From: Candidatus Latescibacterota bacterium
GTDB lineage: Bacteria; Latescibacterota; UBA2968
Assembly: GCA_965208125.1 (NCBI GenBank)
Contig: OZ242320.1
Span: 5,120,001-5,184,000 of the forward strand
Length of the DNA: 64,000 nt
Direction: 5' to 3'
The position numbers and the translations under genes are program-made. The notes beneath the pieces were generated by a model. It searched no databases. It had not been told where the DNA came from and saw only the letters and a list, made by a program, of their open reading frames with translations. This document shows, piece by piece, positions 10,751 through 20,394 of the stretch; positions within the stretch are counted from its first letter, which is position 1, and every line of letters begins with the position of its first letter.

Positions 10751-10942
10751 AGCGAGAGACTGGGGGCTGGGCAGCTGAGACTGGTGGGTTAGGGTGATTG
10801 GGACTGACGACTGACTATTTTTATTTTAAGTGACAAATGCTGCTTTTTTACTTTACTTAACATCCCGAAATTATTCGCTATCGCATTATACCATCTTTTT
10901 CGCTGAATAGCTCTTCGAGCTATTTTTACAGAGGGCATATTT

Positions 10943-13750
10943 ATGCAACGCAAGTTTTTAATCCCAACCATATTTGTCATTGTCATCGGGTTCGCGTGGT
11001 TATCATCCTATTATACCGACTGGCTGTGGTTCTCGAGTCTCGATTTTCAGGCTGTCTTCTGGACCACCCTGAAAGCGCGTTTTCTATCCGGCATATTTTA
11101 CGGTCTTATTGCCGCTATAGTCATTGGTATCAACCTCCATTATGTCGGTCGCTTCACCCGCTCCGCGCTGGAAGCAGATGCCTCACTTTACGAAGGTGAA
11201 ATGCCCGGCGCGAGCCTGTTGCGCTCAAATACTGGCTATATGTTAATCGCCGCTGTCCTCGTCCTCATTATGGGCAATGTCGGATCTTCCCAGTGGCCCA
11301 CCCTGTTGCGTTACTGGTATGGCGGATCATTTGGCACTTCCGATCCCATCTTTGGACGCGACGTTGGATTTTATGTCTTTGATTTGCCCTTTTACCAGTT
11401 TACAGTCGGTTTTCTCATCGGCACAGTAATCGTATCAGCCCTGGCATCAGGGGTTATTTACATGGCCACAGGCGGTATTCGCTTGCAGGAACGCATTCAG
11501 GTCATGCCGCGCCCCGTCGCACACCTGTCTGCCCTTGCCGGGCTATTCTTGCTGTTTTCGGCTATCAATTATTACCTCAAAATCTACGGCTTACTCTATT
11601 CTCCGGGCGACGTCTTTTTCGGTGCAGGATTTGTAGATGTCAACGTTCAACGCTGGATATACTGGCTCCTCATCATTGCCTTTGTCGCGACTGGCATCAT
11701 GCTCTTGCGAAATATCAAAGCACGTGAAGCGCGCCCGCTTCTCATCGGTGTTGGCGTCTTTCTCATTGGGACCATAGGGCTGGGCAGTATCCCGGGTGCA
11801 ATTGTGCAAAAACTCATCGTAGATCCCACCGAACTCCAGCGCGAAACCCCTTACATCAAGAATAACATCGACTTTACGCGAAAAGCTTACGCGCTCGACA
11901 GGATTGTGGAACAACCCTTTGAAGCATCCGAGAACCTCACCGCAGCGGACATCGCCGCCAATCCTTTGACCATTCGCAACATCCGCATCTGGGATGAGCG
12001 CCCAATGGTGCAAACCTATCAGCAGGTCCAGGAAATTCGTCCCTATTATGTCTTTCCCAGCGTTGATGTTGACCGCTACACTGTTGACGGTGTATATCGA
12101 CAGGTCATGCTCTCGGGGCGCGAACTCGACACCAATCGCCTGCCAGCTCAGGCGCGCAATTGGGTCAATGAAACCCTGCAATACACACACGGATACGGCG
12201 TTGCCATGAGCCCGGTTACGCACGTCACTCCCGAGGGCTTGCCCGCGTTTATGATCAAAGATATCCCCCCAGTAGCCGACGCGGCAGAGCTACAAATTTC
12301 CCGACCAGAAATCTACTATGGCGAACGCACCTACGGCAATGTAGTCGTCAAAACCAGTGCCGAAGAATTTGACTATCCCAAGCGCGATGGCAATGCGTTT
12401 ACCACCTACGAAGGCAATGGCGGGGTCCCCATGGGCAGTTTCATCAATCGTCTGGCATTTACCATTCGCATGATGGATCCCAATTTGCTCTTGAGTACCT
12501 ACATCTTACCTGAGAGCAAAATCATGTACCATCGGCAAATCGCCCAACGCGCACGCGAGATCGCGCCCTTTCTCTTCTTCGACTCCGATCCCTATCTCGT
12601 TATCTCCGAAGGCCGTCTATACTGGATCTTAGATGCGTACACAACCACCAACATGTATCCCTATTCCAAACGCATGGGGCGGTCGCAGATCAACTACATC
12701 CGCAACTCGGTCAAGGTCGTCATGGATGCCTATCACGGTTCTGTCACCTTTTATCAGGCCGAAGAAGAACCCGTGATTGCCGCTTATGCCGCGATGTTCC
12801 CCACCTTGTTCAAATCAATTGATACCATGCCTGCTGATTTGCGCGCCCATGTGCGGTATCCCGTTGACCTCTTCCGCATACAAGCGACGATGTATCGCGA
12901 ATATCACATGCAGGAAGTACAGGTATTTTACAACCAGGAAGACCTGTGGGAAATCCCAAATGAAATCTACGGCCAAAACGACCGCACACAACCGATGGAA
13001 CCGTATTATATCATCGTCAAATTCCCCGGTGAAGAACGCGAAGAATTTTTGCTGCTCGTGCCCTTCACGCCCGCAAAAAAGGACAACATGATCGGCTGGC
13101 TTGCCGCGCGATGCGACGGGGAAAACTACGGCGACTTGCTGGTCTATCTCCTGCCCAAAGAAAAACTCATCTTCGGTCCCATGCAACTCGAAGCCCGCAT
13201 CGATCAACAGCCAGATATATCGAGCCAACTCACCCTGTGGGGACAGGGCGGTTCCGAAGTCATTCGCGGCAACCTTTTGGCTGTGCCCATCGAATCATCT
13301 TTTCTATACGTTGAACCCATCTACCTGCAAGCCCGCCAGGAATCCAATCAATTGCCACAACAGGGCTTTGAGGGCGAAGGCGGTGGACAGCCTCAGCAAG
13401 GACAACCACCGCGTCAACTCCAGCAAAGCACGGCCATCCCCGAACTCAAGCAAGTCATCGTCGCATTTGGTGGGCAGGTTATCATGCGCGACACATTTGA
13501 ACAGGCACTCAACGAACTGTTTGGCTCTGGTGCGGGGAAAACCCTGGGGACTTCAAGTTCCGAAGAAATACCCGCGACAACATCAGAACAACCCACTGAA
13601 CGCACCGCAGCAGAATTGGCCTCAGAAGCAGATATGCAATTCCAGCGCGTGCGGGAATCGCTTCAAAAGTGGGATTGGACAACCGCGGGCGAAGCGATGA
13701 AGCAGTTGGAACAATCGATTCTCGAATTAAAAAAGACACTGGAGCAATAA
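10943..13750 (+). CDS. UPF0182 family membrane protein
   Basis: YTDWLWF, DPIFGRDVGFYVF, NIRIWD, YTHGYG, NYIRNSVK, VIRGNLL motifs. Confidence 0.92.
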   Translation: MQRKFLIPTIFVIVIGFAWLSSYYTDWLWFSSLDFQAVFWTTLKARFLSGIFYGLIAAIVIGINLHYVGRFTRSALEADASLYEGEMPGASLLRSNTGYMLIAAVLVLIMGNVGSSQWPTLLRYWYGGSFGTSDPIFGRDVGFYVFDLPFYQFTVGFLIGTVIVSALASGVIYMATGGIRLQERIQVMPRPVAHLSALAGLFLLFSAINYYLKIYGLLYSPGDVFFGAGFVDVNVQRWIYWLLIIAFVATGIMLLRNIKAREARPLLIGVGVFLIGTIGLGSIPGAIVQKLIVDPTELQRETPYIKNNIDFTRKAYALDRIVEQPFEASENLTAADIAANPLTIRNIRIWDERPMVQTYQQVQEIRPYYVFPSVDVDRYTVDGVYRQVMLSGRELDTNRLPAQARNWVNETLQYTHGYGVAMSPVTHVTPEGLPAFMIKDIPPVADAAELQISRPEIYYGERTYGNVVVKTSAEEFDYPKRDGNAFTTYEGNGGVPMGSFINRLAFTIRMMDPNLLLSTYILPESKIMYHRQIAQRAREIAPFLFFDSDPYLVISEGRLYWILDAYTTTNMYPYSKRMGRSQINYIRNSVKVVMDAYHGSVTFYQAEEEPVIAAYAAMFPTLFKSIDTMPADLRAHVRYPVDLFRIQATMYREYHMQEVQVFYNQEDLWEIPNEIYGQNDRTQPMEPYYIIVKFPGEEREEFLLLVPFTPAKKDNMIGWLAARCDGENYGDLLVYLLPKEKLIFGPMQLEARIDQQPDISSQLTLWGQGGSEVIRGNLLAVPIESSFLYVEPIYLQARQESNQLPQQGFEGEGGGQPQQGQPPRQLQQSTAIPELKQVIVAFGGQVIMRDTFEQALNELFGSGAGKTLGTSSSEEIPATTSEQPTERTAAELASEADMQFQRVRESLQKWDWTTAGEAMKQLEQSILELKKTLEQ

Positions 13751-13776
13751 TCGCCCCAGTCCATTTTTCCCGATTT

Positions 13777-13818
13777 AAACATGGATAGACTGGATTATTC
13801 GGTCTATCCGTGTTTTTT
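13777..13818 (+). terminator. Intrinsic terminator after the UPF0182 gene
   Basis: AAACATGGATAGAC / GTCTATCCGTGTTT stem followed by a T-run. Confidence 0.7.
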
Positions 13819-13841
13819 AGGGCTTTACAGAAAGGAAAAAA

Positions 13842-14819
13842 ATGGCCGTAAAAGTAGGATTCATCGGAACTGGCGGCATATCGCGCCCCCACCGCAAACA
13901 TCTCAAAAATATGGATGACGTAGAAGTGGTGGCAATGTGCGATCTGGAAGAAGACCGCGTCGCAGAAGCCGCTGAAGAATGGAATGCAGCTATCTATACA
14001 GATTACATAACAATGCTCGAAAACGAAGAAATGGACGCGCTATACGTGTGCATTCCGCCCTTTGCACACGAAGATCAGGAAATCATAGCCGCCGAAAAAG
14101 GCATTGCCCTCTTCGTGGAAAAACCCGTATCTGTCACAATGGAAAAAGCCCGAGAAGTCGATGCGGCCATTCGGAAAAACAACGTCGTATCGTGCGTTGG
14201 ATTTCAAGGGCGCTATTTGGATATTATCGCACAGACCAAAGACCTGCTCAAAGACCGTCCCGTTGGTATGGCAATGGGATACTGGATGGGCGGGATGCCA
14301 CAAGTGCCCTGGTGGCGGCGCAAAGAAATGTCGGGCGGTCAAGCCGTTGAGCAAACCATTCACGTCACCGATATGGCGCGGTATCTCTTTGGCGACGTAA
14401 AATCCGTCTATGCGGCTGGACGCACGGGTTTAATGACCGACGTGCCCGACTACAACATCGAAGACAGCAGCGCAGCCACGCTCGTATTTAAAAGCGGCCT
14501 GGTCGCCACCATCTTCTCCGCGTGTTTTCTATCCGGGGGGCGAGGCAGAGGCGGCATTGACATCTTCACCAAAGACATGAACATCGAATATCGCGAGCGC
14601 AGATCTATCACGATCATTCAAGATGGCAATTCCGAACTGGTCGAAGTGCAAAACGATTACTGGCAAGATATGGACAATGACTTTATAGATGCCGTGCGAA
14701 AAGGCGACGACTCAGCACTCAAAACCACTTATTCCGATGCCGTCAAAACACAGGAAGTCGTCATGGCCGTAAACCGCTCAATAGAAACGGGCGAGGTGGT
14801 TCAGATAGCAGATATGTGA
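13842..14819 (+). CDS. Gfo/Idh/MocA family NAD(P)-dependent oxidoreductase
   Basis: GFIGTGGIS Rossmann motif, VEKP, SGGQAVEQTIH. Confidence 0.92.
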   Translation: MAVKVGFIGTGGISRPHRKHLKNMDDVEVVAMCDLEEDRVAEAAEEWNAAIYTDYITMLENEEMDALYVCIPPFAHEDQEIIAAEKGIALFVEKPVSVTMEKAREVDAAIRKNNVVSCVGFQGRYLDIIAQTKDLLKDRPVGMAMGYWMGGMPQVPWWRRKEMSGGQAVEQTIHVTDMARYLFGDVKSVYAAGRTGLMTDVPDYNIEDSSAATLVFKSGLVATIFSACFLSGGRGRGGIDIFTKDMNIEYRERRSITIIQDGNSELVEVQNDYWQDMDNDFIDAVRKGDDSALKTTYSDAVKTQEVVMAVNRSIETGEVVQIADM

Positions 14820-14827
14820 GGTATAAA

Positions 14828-15331
14828 TCACCCATCTACAAAATCAGAAGACAAAACGCCTTTATAGGCTATACCAGTTTCTGGATCGCGGTACATTCGC
14901 AGGCGATAACCCGCGATACCCAATCCTTGAGCCTTCCAAAAAGACAGGGCATTCGGATTGTCTCGACGCACATTGAGATCCAATTGCCGAATGCCCTTCT
15001 CATCGAAGTATTCAAACATCCAGCCCGCCATTTTTGATCCATATCCTCTGCGCCGGTATTCCGCGGCGATATAAAAATCGTGAACATAGGCGGTCGTCCC
15101 TTCAATTTCAAAAGAGACAAATCCAATCGGCTGTTTCTCAATAAGCACCCAATGGGGATGCCGATTACCGCCCGCCCATGTAAACGTCTCCACAAAAAAA
15201 GAATCGCGCGCTTCCCGCGACTTACACACCGCTGCATCGGGCATTAAATCGCGCCAATAAGCCTCGGCCATTGCGCGGAATTGCTCACGCGCCTCAACGG
15301 GCACGGGTTCAATGTAAAAATCGCTCGCCAT
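14828..15331 (-). CDS. GNAT family N-acetyltransferase
   Basis: Motif A FYIAAEYRRRGYGS and motif B NPNALSFWKAQG. Confidence 0.85.
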   Translation of the reverse strand: MASDFYIEPVPVEAREQFRAMAEAYWRDLMPDAAVCKSREARDSFFVETFTWAGGNRHPHWVLIEKQPIGFVSFEIEGTTAYVHDFYIAAEYRRRGYGSKMAGWMFEYFDEKGIRQLDLNVRRDNPNALSFWKAQGLGIAGYRLRMYRDPETGIAYKGVLSSDFVDG

Positions 15332-15361
15332 AGCAATCCCGAAAGTCTATCCCTTCGCCTC

Positions 15362-16516
15362 TCATCTGCGTCCATCTACGGATCCAAATCGCTCGAGGCG
15401 ATATCGCTTCAAAAAATCTATTTGAGCACCATCCAAAATCTCAATCGCCGCGCACTCGCCAATTAAAGGCGCGAGCGTAACCCCGCTGTGTGTCACAGAC
15501 AAATAGAGATTTGGAACCCGTTGGGAAAATCCGAGAATCGGGTGTCCGTCCTCTGGAATTGGCCGTCGCCCGCGCCGGACCTCGCGCACGGGCACGCCTT
15601 CAATTGCTGGCAAAAAACGCGCCACAGCATTGACCACCCGCTGCACTTCTCGATCATCCTGGCCCAGAGAGCCGCCATCGTAAACCCGACCGTGTGCCCC
15701 GCCGTGCAGCATCACCGAACCATTGGGCAACTGCCTGAAATTGGTCTGCGGAGGACAATCGCGGGGCGAATGCACCACCGATGCGTTTTCAAAAACAGGT
15801 GGCACAGGCTCTGTCAAAATCGTACATCCAAACGTGTAATACATGGGCACATCGATATCTGCCATTGCCGCGAGACCTGCCGTATCTGCTCCCCCTGCAA
15901 GCACGACCGCATCACACGCAATCTCTCCCCCATCCGTCACCACAGCCGCTATATCCGACCCCGAACGCGCCAGCCCCGTGACGCGCGTCTGAAAACAAAT
16001 ATCCGCACCCCATTCCTTCAATCGTTCAACGCATGCCCCAACAACAGCCCCCGTATCTGCGTGTCCCTCTATATCCGTATAAGAAGCTGCCGTCACAACG
16101 CCCGGCTTTAAACGCGGCTCTAATGATTCAACATCCTCCCCATTCAGCAGACGGATGGGATATCCCCACGACTGCAAAACACCCGCGCGTCTCACAATTT
16201 CCCTTGCTCCATCATCCGTAGAAGCCCACCGCAATTCACCGCCCCATGTCGCACTTTGTGGAATGCCCAGTCGCTCGACAAATCGCGCCCACATATCCAG
16301 CGAGCGCCGGTTGAAAAGGTGATAATGTCTGGGATTTTTGTCGCGTGCGTTCATCCACGCAAAGGATACCGCGGTTGCCGGTTGAATAGCTGACCTCTTT
16401 TCGGGTTCCCCCGCATCAATCAGCGTGACCTTTGCACCGCGTCTCGCCAGGTGAAATGCGATCGACGCCCCCACAATACCCGCACCAATCACAGCGATAT
16501 TTGAAAAATTATTCAT
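15362..16516 (-). CDS. FAD-dependent amino-acid oxidoreductase (DadA/glycine oxidase family)
   Basis: VIGAGIVG, RPIPEDGHPILG, HSGVTLAP; ATG 16516 after a purine-rich RBS. Confidence 0.88.
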   Translation of the reverse strand: MNNFSNIAVIGAGIVGASIAFHLARRGAKVTLIDAGEPEKRSAIQPATAVSFAWMNARDKNPRHYHLFNRRSLDMWARFVERLGIPQSATWGGELRWASTDDGAREIVRRAGVLQSWGYPIRLLNGEDVESLEPRLKPGVVTAASYTDIEGHADTGAVVGACVERLKEWGADICFQTRVTGLARSGSDIAAVVTDGGEIACDAVVLAGGADTAGLAAMADIDVPMYYTFGCTILTEPVPPVFENASVVHSPRDCPPQTNFRQLPNGSVMLHGGAHGRVYDGGSLGQDDREVQRVVNAVARFLPAIEGVPVREVRRGRRPIPEDGHPILGFSQRVPNLYLSVTHSGVTLAPLIGECAAIEILDGAQIDFLKRYRLERFGSVDGRR

Positions 16517-16537
16517 TTCCCTTTCACCCTTATACAG

Positions 16538-16570
16538 AAAACGGGTTCCCCTCAAAGGCGAACCCGTTTT
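16538..16570 (-). terminator. Hairpin between the symporter and the oxidoreductase
   Basis: AAAACGGGTTC / GAACCCGTTTT inverted repeat with T-runs on both strands. Confidence 0.6.
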
Positions 16571-16589
16571 ATCTTCCCAAACAGCTCAA

Positions 16590-18137
16590 TTATTTATACA
16601 CCGTCAACTCACCCGCCTTGTAACGCGCCCAGTATTCTTTGAGCACCGCCTTGATCTGTGGACTCAAGATAATACCGCCAACAATATTCGGAAACGCCAT
16701 ACCCAAAATCATCATGTCTGAAAAATTGAGAACATTCTTTAACGCAGTGACCGATCCGATGAACACAAAGCAAACAAAAATAATCCGATAAGCCAGGATA
16801 GATTTCATACCAAAAAGATATTCCCACGCGCGCTCGCCGTAATAAGACCATGAGATCATCGTCGAATACGCAAAAAGCATCACGGCAACCGCGAGCACAT
16901 AACGCGCCCCAGGAATAAACGAATCAAAAGCCGCAGCCGTCATTTTAGCACCAACTACCCAGTCTGACGTACCTTGAAACTCTGCCAACTGATATGCTCC
17001 TGTAATCATACAAACCAATGCCGTCATCAAACATATAATAATGGTATCAATAAAAGGCCCGATCATTGCCACCATACCTTCACGCGCTGGTTCATCGGTT
17101 TTGGCGGCCGCGTGGGCAAATGCCGCAGAACCCAATCCCGCCTCATTGGAAAAAGCCGCCCGTTTAACCCCGTTAACCAATACCCCGATAAATCCGCCAT
17201 ACATAGCTTCTGGCGTAAACGCCTGTGAAATAATATTCGCGATAAGCCCGGGGACTTCTGTAATATTCGTCAGAATAATCAAAATTGAGGTCAGAACATA
17301 TAGTCCACACATAAAGGGCACAATGCGCGACGTTACATTGCCAATGCGCTTGATGCCGCCAATAATGACAATGGCTACAAATGTCGCCATAATAATACCC
17401 ATTAGCCAGTTATATGTTATAAAGCTCTCAGATACTGTGCTGAGAATTTCAAGGGTCTGGTTGGCTTGAAACATATTGCCGCCCCCCAGAGAACCGCCAA
17501 TCGTCAGAATCGCAAAAATCACAGCGAATGTGCGCCCCAACGGCCTGAGGCCTTTTTCTGCAAGACCGTGTTCCAGATAATACATCGGGCCACCCGACAC
17601 GCGACCATCGGGATGGATTTTCCTGTGCATCACCGCCAGCGTACAGGACGCCAGCTTTGAAGCCATGCCAAAAAACGCCATACCAATCATCCAGAAAACC
17701 GCACCGGGTCCCCCCAGACTTATCGCAATTGCAACCCCAGCGATATTTCCCAATCCCACAGTCGCAGACAGCGCACTGGTCAGTGCCTTAAAGTGCGAAA
17801 TTTCACCGGGATGATCGGGATGATCGTACCGTCCGCGAATCACATTGAGAGAATGCTTGAATCCCCTCAACGTAATCCAGCCAAAATAAAAAGAGTAATA
17901 CACGCCACCACCAAACAAGATAACGACAATGAGAGGAATATCTGTACCGAAATCCTGAAATAAAATATTGCCCAAAAACCCGACAACAGCACCCAGGTGT
18001 TCATTCAATGCCATCGTAAATGCTTTAATTCCTCCCGGCGATTCACCCGACGATGCTTCCTGTGCAAATGCATAACCGACTACAGACAGACCCAGAAGCC
18101 AGGCAAACCAAAAAAACGTGCGATTCTTGAAAGACAT
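16590..18137 (-). CDS. Alanine/glycine:cation symporter (AGCS family)
   Basis: ALSATVGLGNIAGVA, GGPGAVFWM, GGPMYY, FSNEAGLGS; ATG 18137 after AAGGAG. Confidence 0.93.
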   Translation of the reverse strand: MSFKNRTFFWFAWLLGLSVVGYAFAQEASSGESPGGIKAFTMALNEHLGAVVGFLGNILFQDFGTDIPLIVVILFGGGVYYSFYFGWITLRGFKHSLNVIRGRYDHPDHPGEISHFKALTSALSATVGLGNIAGVAIAISLGGPGAVFWMIGMAFFGMASKLASCTLAVMHRKIHPDGRVSGGPMYYLEHGLAEKGLRPLGRTFAVIFAILTIGGSLGGGNMFQANQTLEILSTVSESFITYNWLMGIIMATFVAIVIIGGIKRIGNVTSRIVPFMCGLYVLTSILIILTNITEVPGLIANIISQAFTPEAMYGGFIGVLVNGVKRAAFSNEAGLGSAAFAHAAAKTDEPAREGMVAMIGPFIDTIIICLMTALVCMITGAYQLAEFQGTSDWVVGAKMTAAAFDSFIPGARYVLAVAVMLFAYSTMISWSYYGERAWEYLFGMKSILAYRIIFVCFVFIGSVTALKNVLNFSDMMILGMAFPNIVGGIILSPQIKAVLKEYWARYKAGELTVYK

Positions 18138-18303
18138 GTAAACTCCTTTGTTTGGTAAGGCACCTGTAAACAGATTTCTCGCTAACAATGGCAAATATAA
18201 TACAAACAAATTGGAATTCTGTATAGCACTTTTACACCCTCCGTGACTTTATCCTTGCACTTTGTGCTTGCGTTGAGCAGATTAAATATCCAGACAAACA
18301 ACC

Positions 18304-20094
18304 ATGCAGTATGGAATACACATGTCAAATTCACTACTCCATCGCTATCTGCCTTTTCTCAACTGGATTGGAGAACTCAAAGATCGGCACATCCTGCGCG
18401 CCGATATTATTGCGGGCATCACCCTGTCGCTGGTCTTGATCCCACAGGCCATGGCCAATGCACAACTGGCCGAGATGCCGCCCTACTACGGCTTCTATGC
18501 GTCATTTGTACCCATCATCGTCAGCGCCCTCTTCGGATCCTCTCGCCAACTCTCCACAGGCCCAGTCGCGCTCGTCGCCTTGATGGTCGCCTCTGAATTG
18601 GGACAACTCGCAGTTGACGAACAGACATATATCGCCTATGCCATTCTGCTGGCTCTCATGGTTGGCCTCTTGCAGTTCGGACTGGGCGTATTGCGCCTGG
18701 GCGTATTGGTGAACTTTCTCTCCCATCCAGTAGTACTCGGCTTTACCAACGCCGCAGCCATCATCATCGGCACATCGCAAATCGACAAATTATTCGGCGT
18801 CACCGTAGAACGCGGCGGAGCACATTACGAACGCATGATACGCATGTGGGACGTGATCTCTGCTGGCTCTCACTCCCCCACCCTGATCATGGGCCTCTCT
18901 GCCATCGCATTATTATTTATCTTGCGCCGCATCAACCCGCAAATTCCGGGTGTGCTGATTGTCGCCATCACAACAACAGGCGTTTCGTGGCTCATCGGAT
19001 TTGAGCAAAATTACGGCGGACAGGTCGTGGGCAACATCCCCGAAGGCATCCCCGCATTTGCACTGCCAATAATTGATTGGGGTATCGTACCACATATTCT
19101 CAGCGCCACCATAACCATCGCACTCATCGGATATCTGGAAACCATTTCAATTGCCAAAGCCATTGCCACGCAAACCCGTCAACGCATCGACGCCAACCAG
19201 GAATTGCTCGCACAGGGCTTGAGCAATATCGCCGGTAGTTTTTTTCAGAGCTTCCCCGTCTCCGGCTCTTTTGTCCGTTCAACCGTCACATTGCGCGCCG
19301 GCGGACAAACCGGCTTTGCATCTGTCATTGCCGGTCTGGTGGTCATCTTGCTACTCCTCTTCTTCACCCAACTCTTATACCACATGCCCCTATCCACCCT
19401 GGCGGCAATCGTCATCGTCTCTGTCACCGCACTGATTAACGTCAAACCCATTGTAAGCGCGTGGAAAGTACACAAACACGACGGCATTGTCGCCATATCG
19501 TCATTTGCACTCACCCTCATTTTTGCGCCACACCTGGACCAGGGCATATTAATCGGCGCGTCCTTATCAATCGCCCTCTACCTCTATCGCACGATGAAAC
19601 CGCGCGTGGCATTCCTCGCCCGCCACCCCGATGGCGCGTTTCGAGACGCAGTAGAACACGATCTGGAATTGTGCGACGCGATTGCCACCATCCGATTTGA
19701 TGGCTCATTGTATTTTGGCAGCGCGGGTGCTTTTGAAGACACTGTATTAGAACGGATTCGCGATCCCAAATTGCGCTATGTAATTGTCGATGCAGAAGGT
19801 GTGAATGAGATTGATGCCACTGGAAAAGAAATGCTGGTCGGCGTGGTGCAGCGGCTCCACGAGGCTGGCATTGAGGTACTATTTACACGAACAAAAAAAC
19901 AGATCATGGACGCACTCAATCGCGCAGGCGTACTCGAAGAAATTGGTCGAGACCGATTTTACACAACCCTCGATCGCGTATTAGCTCATGTTTGGGAGGC
20001 ACTGGAAAATCAGTATCCCTGCGATAGGTCGTGCCCTGCCGAATGTCCTCTCCACCGTCCCAGACCAGATGGGGACGTATTTTATCGCGTGTAG
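18304..20094 (+). CDS. sulP: SulP/SLC26 anion permease with STAS domain
   Basis: DIIAGIT, FGSSRQLSTGP, DANQEL, STAS motifs RFDGSLYF and IDATG. Start may be 18322. Confidence 0.92.
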   Translation: MQYGIHMSNSLLHRYLPFLNWIGELKDRHILRADIIAGITLSLVLIPQAMANAQLAEMPPYYGFYASFVPIIVSALFGSSRQLSTGPVALVALMVASELGQLAVDEQTYIAYAILLALMVGLLQFGLGVLRLGVLVNFLSHPVVLGFTNAAAIIIGTSQIDKLFGVTVERGGAHYERMIRMWDVISAGSHSPTLIMGLSAIALLFILRRINPQIPGVLIVAITTTGVSWLIGFEQNYGGQVVGNIPEGIPAFALPIIDWGIVPHILSATITIALIGYLETISIAKAIATQTRQRIDANQELLAQGLSNIAGSFFQSFPVSGSFVRSTVTLRAGGQTGFASVIAGLVVILLLLFFTQLLYHMPLSTLAAIVIVSVTALINVKPIVSAWKVHKHDGIVAISSFALTLIFAPHLDQGILIGASLSIALYLYRTMKPRVAFLARHPDGAFRDAVEHDLELCDAIATIRFDGSLYFGSAGAFEDTVLERIRDPKLRYVIVDAEGVNEIDATGKEMLVGVVQRLHEAGIEVLFTRTKKQIMDALNRAGVLEEIGRDRFYTTLDRVLAHVWEALENQYPCDRSCPAECPLHRPRPDGDVFYRV

Positions 20095-20394
20095 AAAATC
20101 CAGTCCTTTTGAGTGTACAAACTATAACAATTTTAACAATTTATTACAGTTTTTAGGGGGGCGAAGTGGACCAATCGCTTGTCTAAAATACTATAGTTGT
20201 AAATCGGGCTGATTGCTGCTGCTGAACGCTGACCGTTAATTATCATAATTATGTTGATTTTTTAAAAAAAAATGATAATTTTGTGTAGTCTGACTTTTGT
20301 ATCGCAACAGATTGTCTCCCTTCAATTTCAGACAATCTGATTCAGTTCGAACCGAAAAAACGCAACCGTCACCTTTCACCACAGGAGGAAGTCT

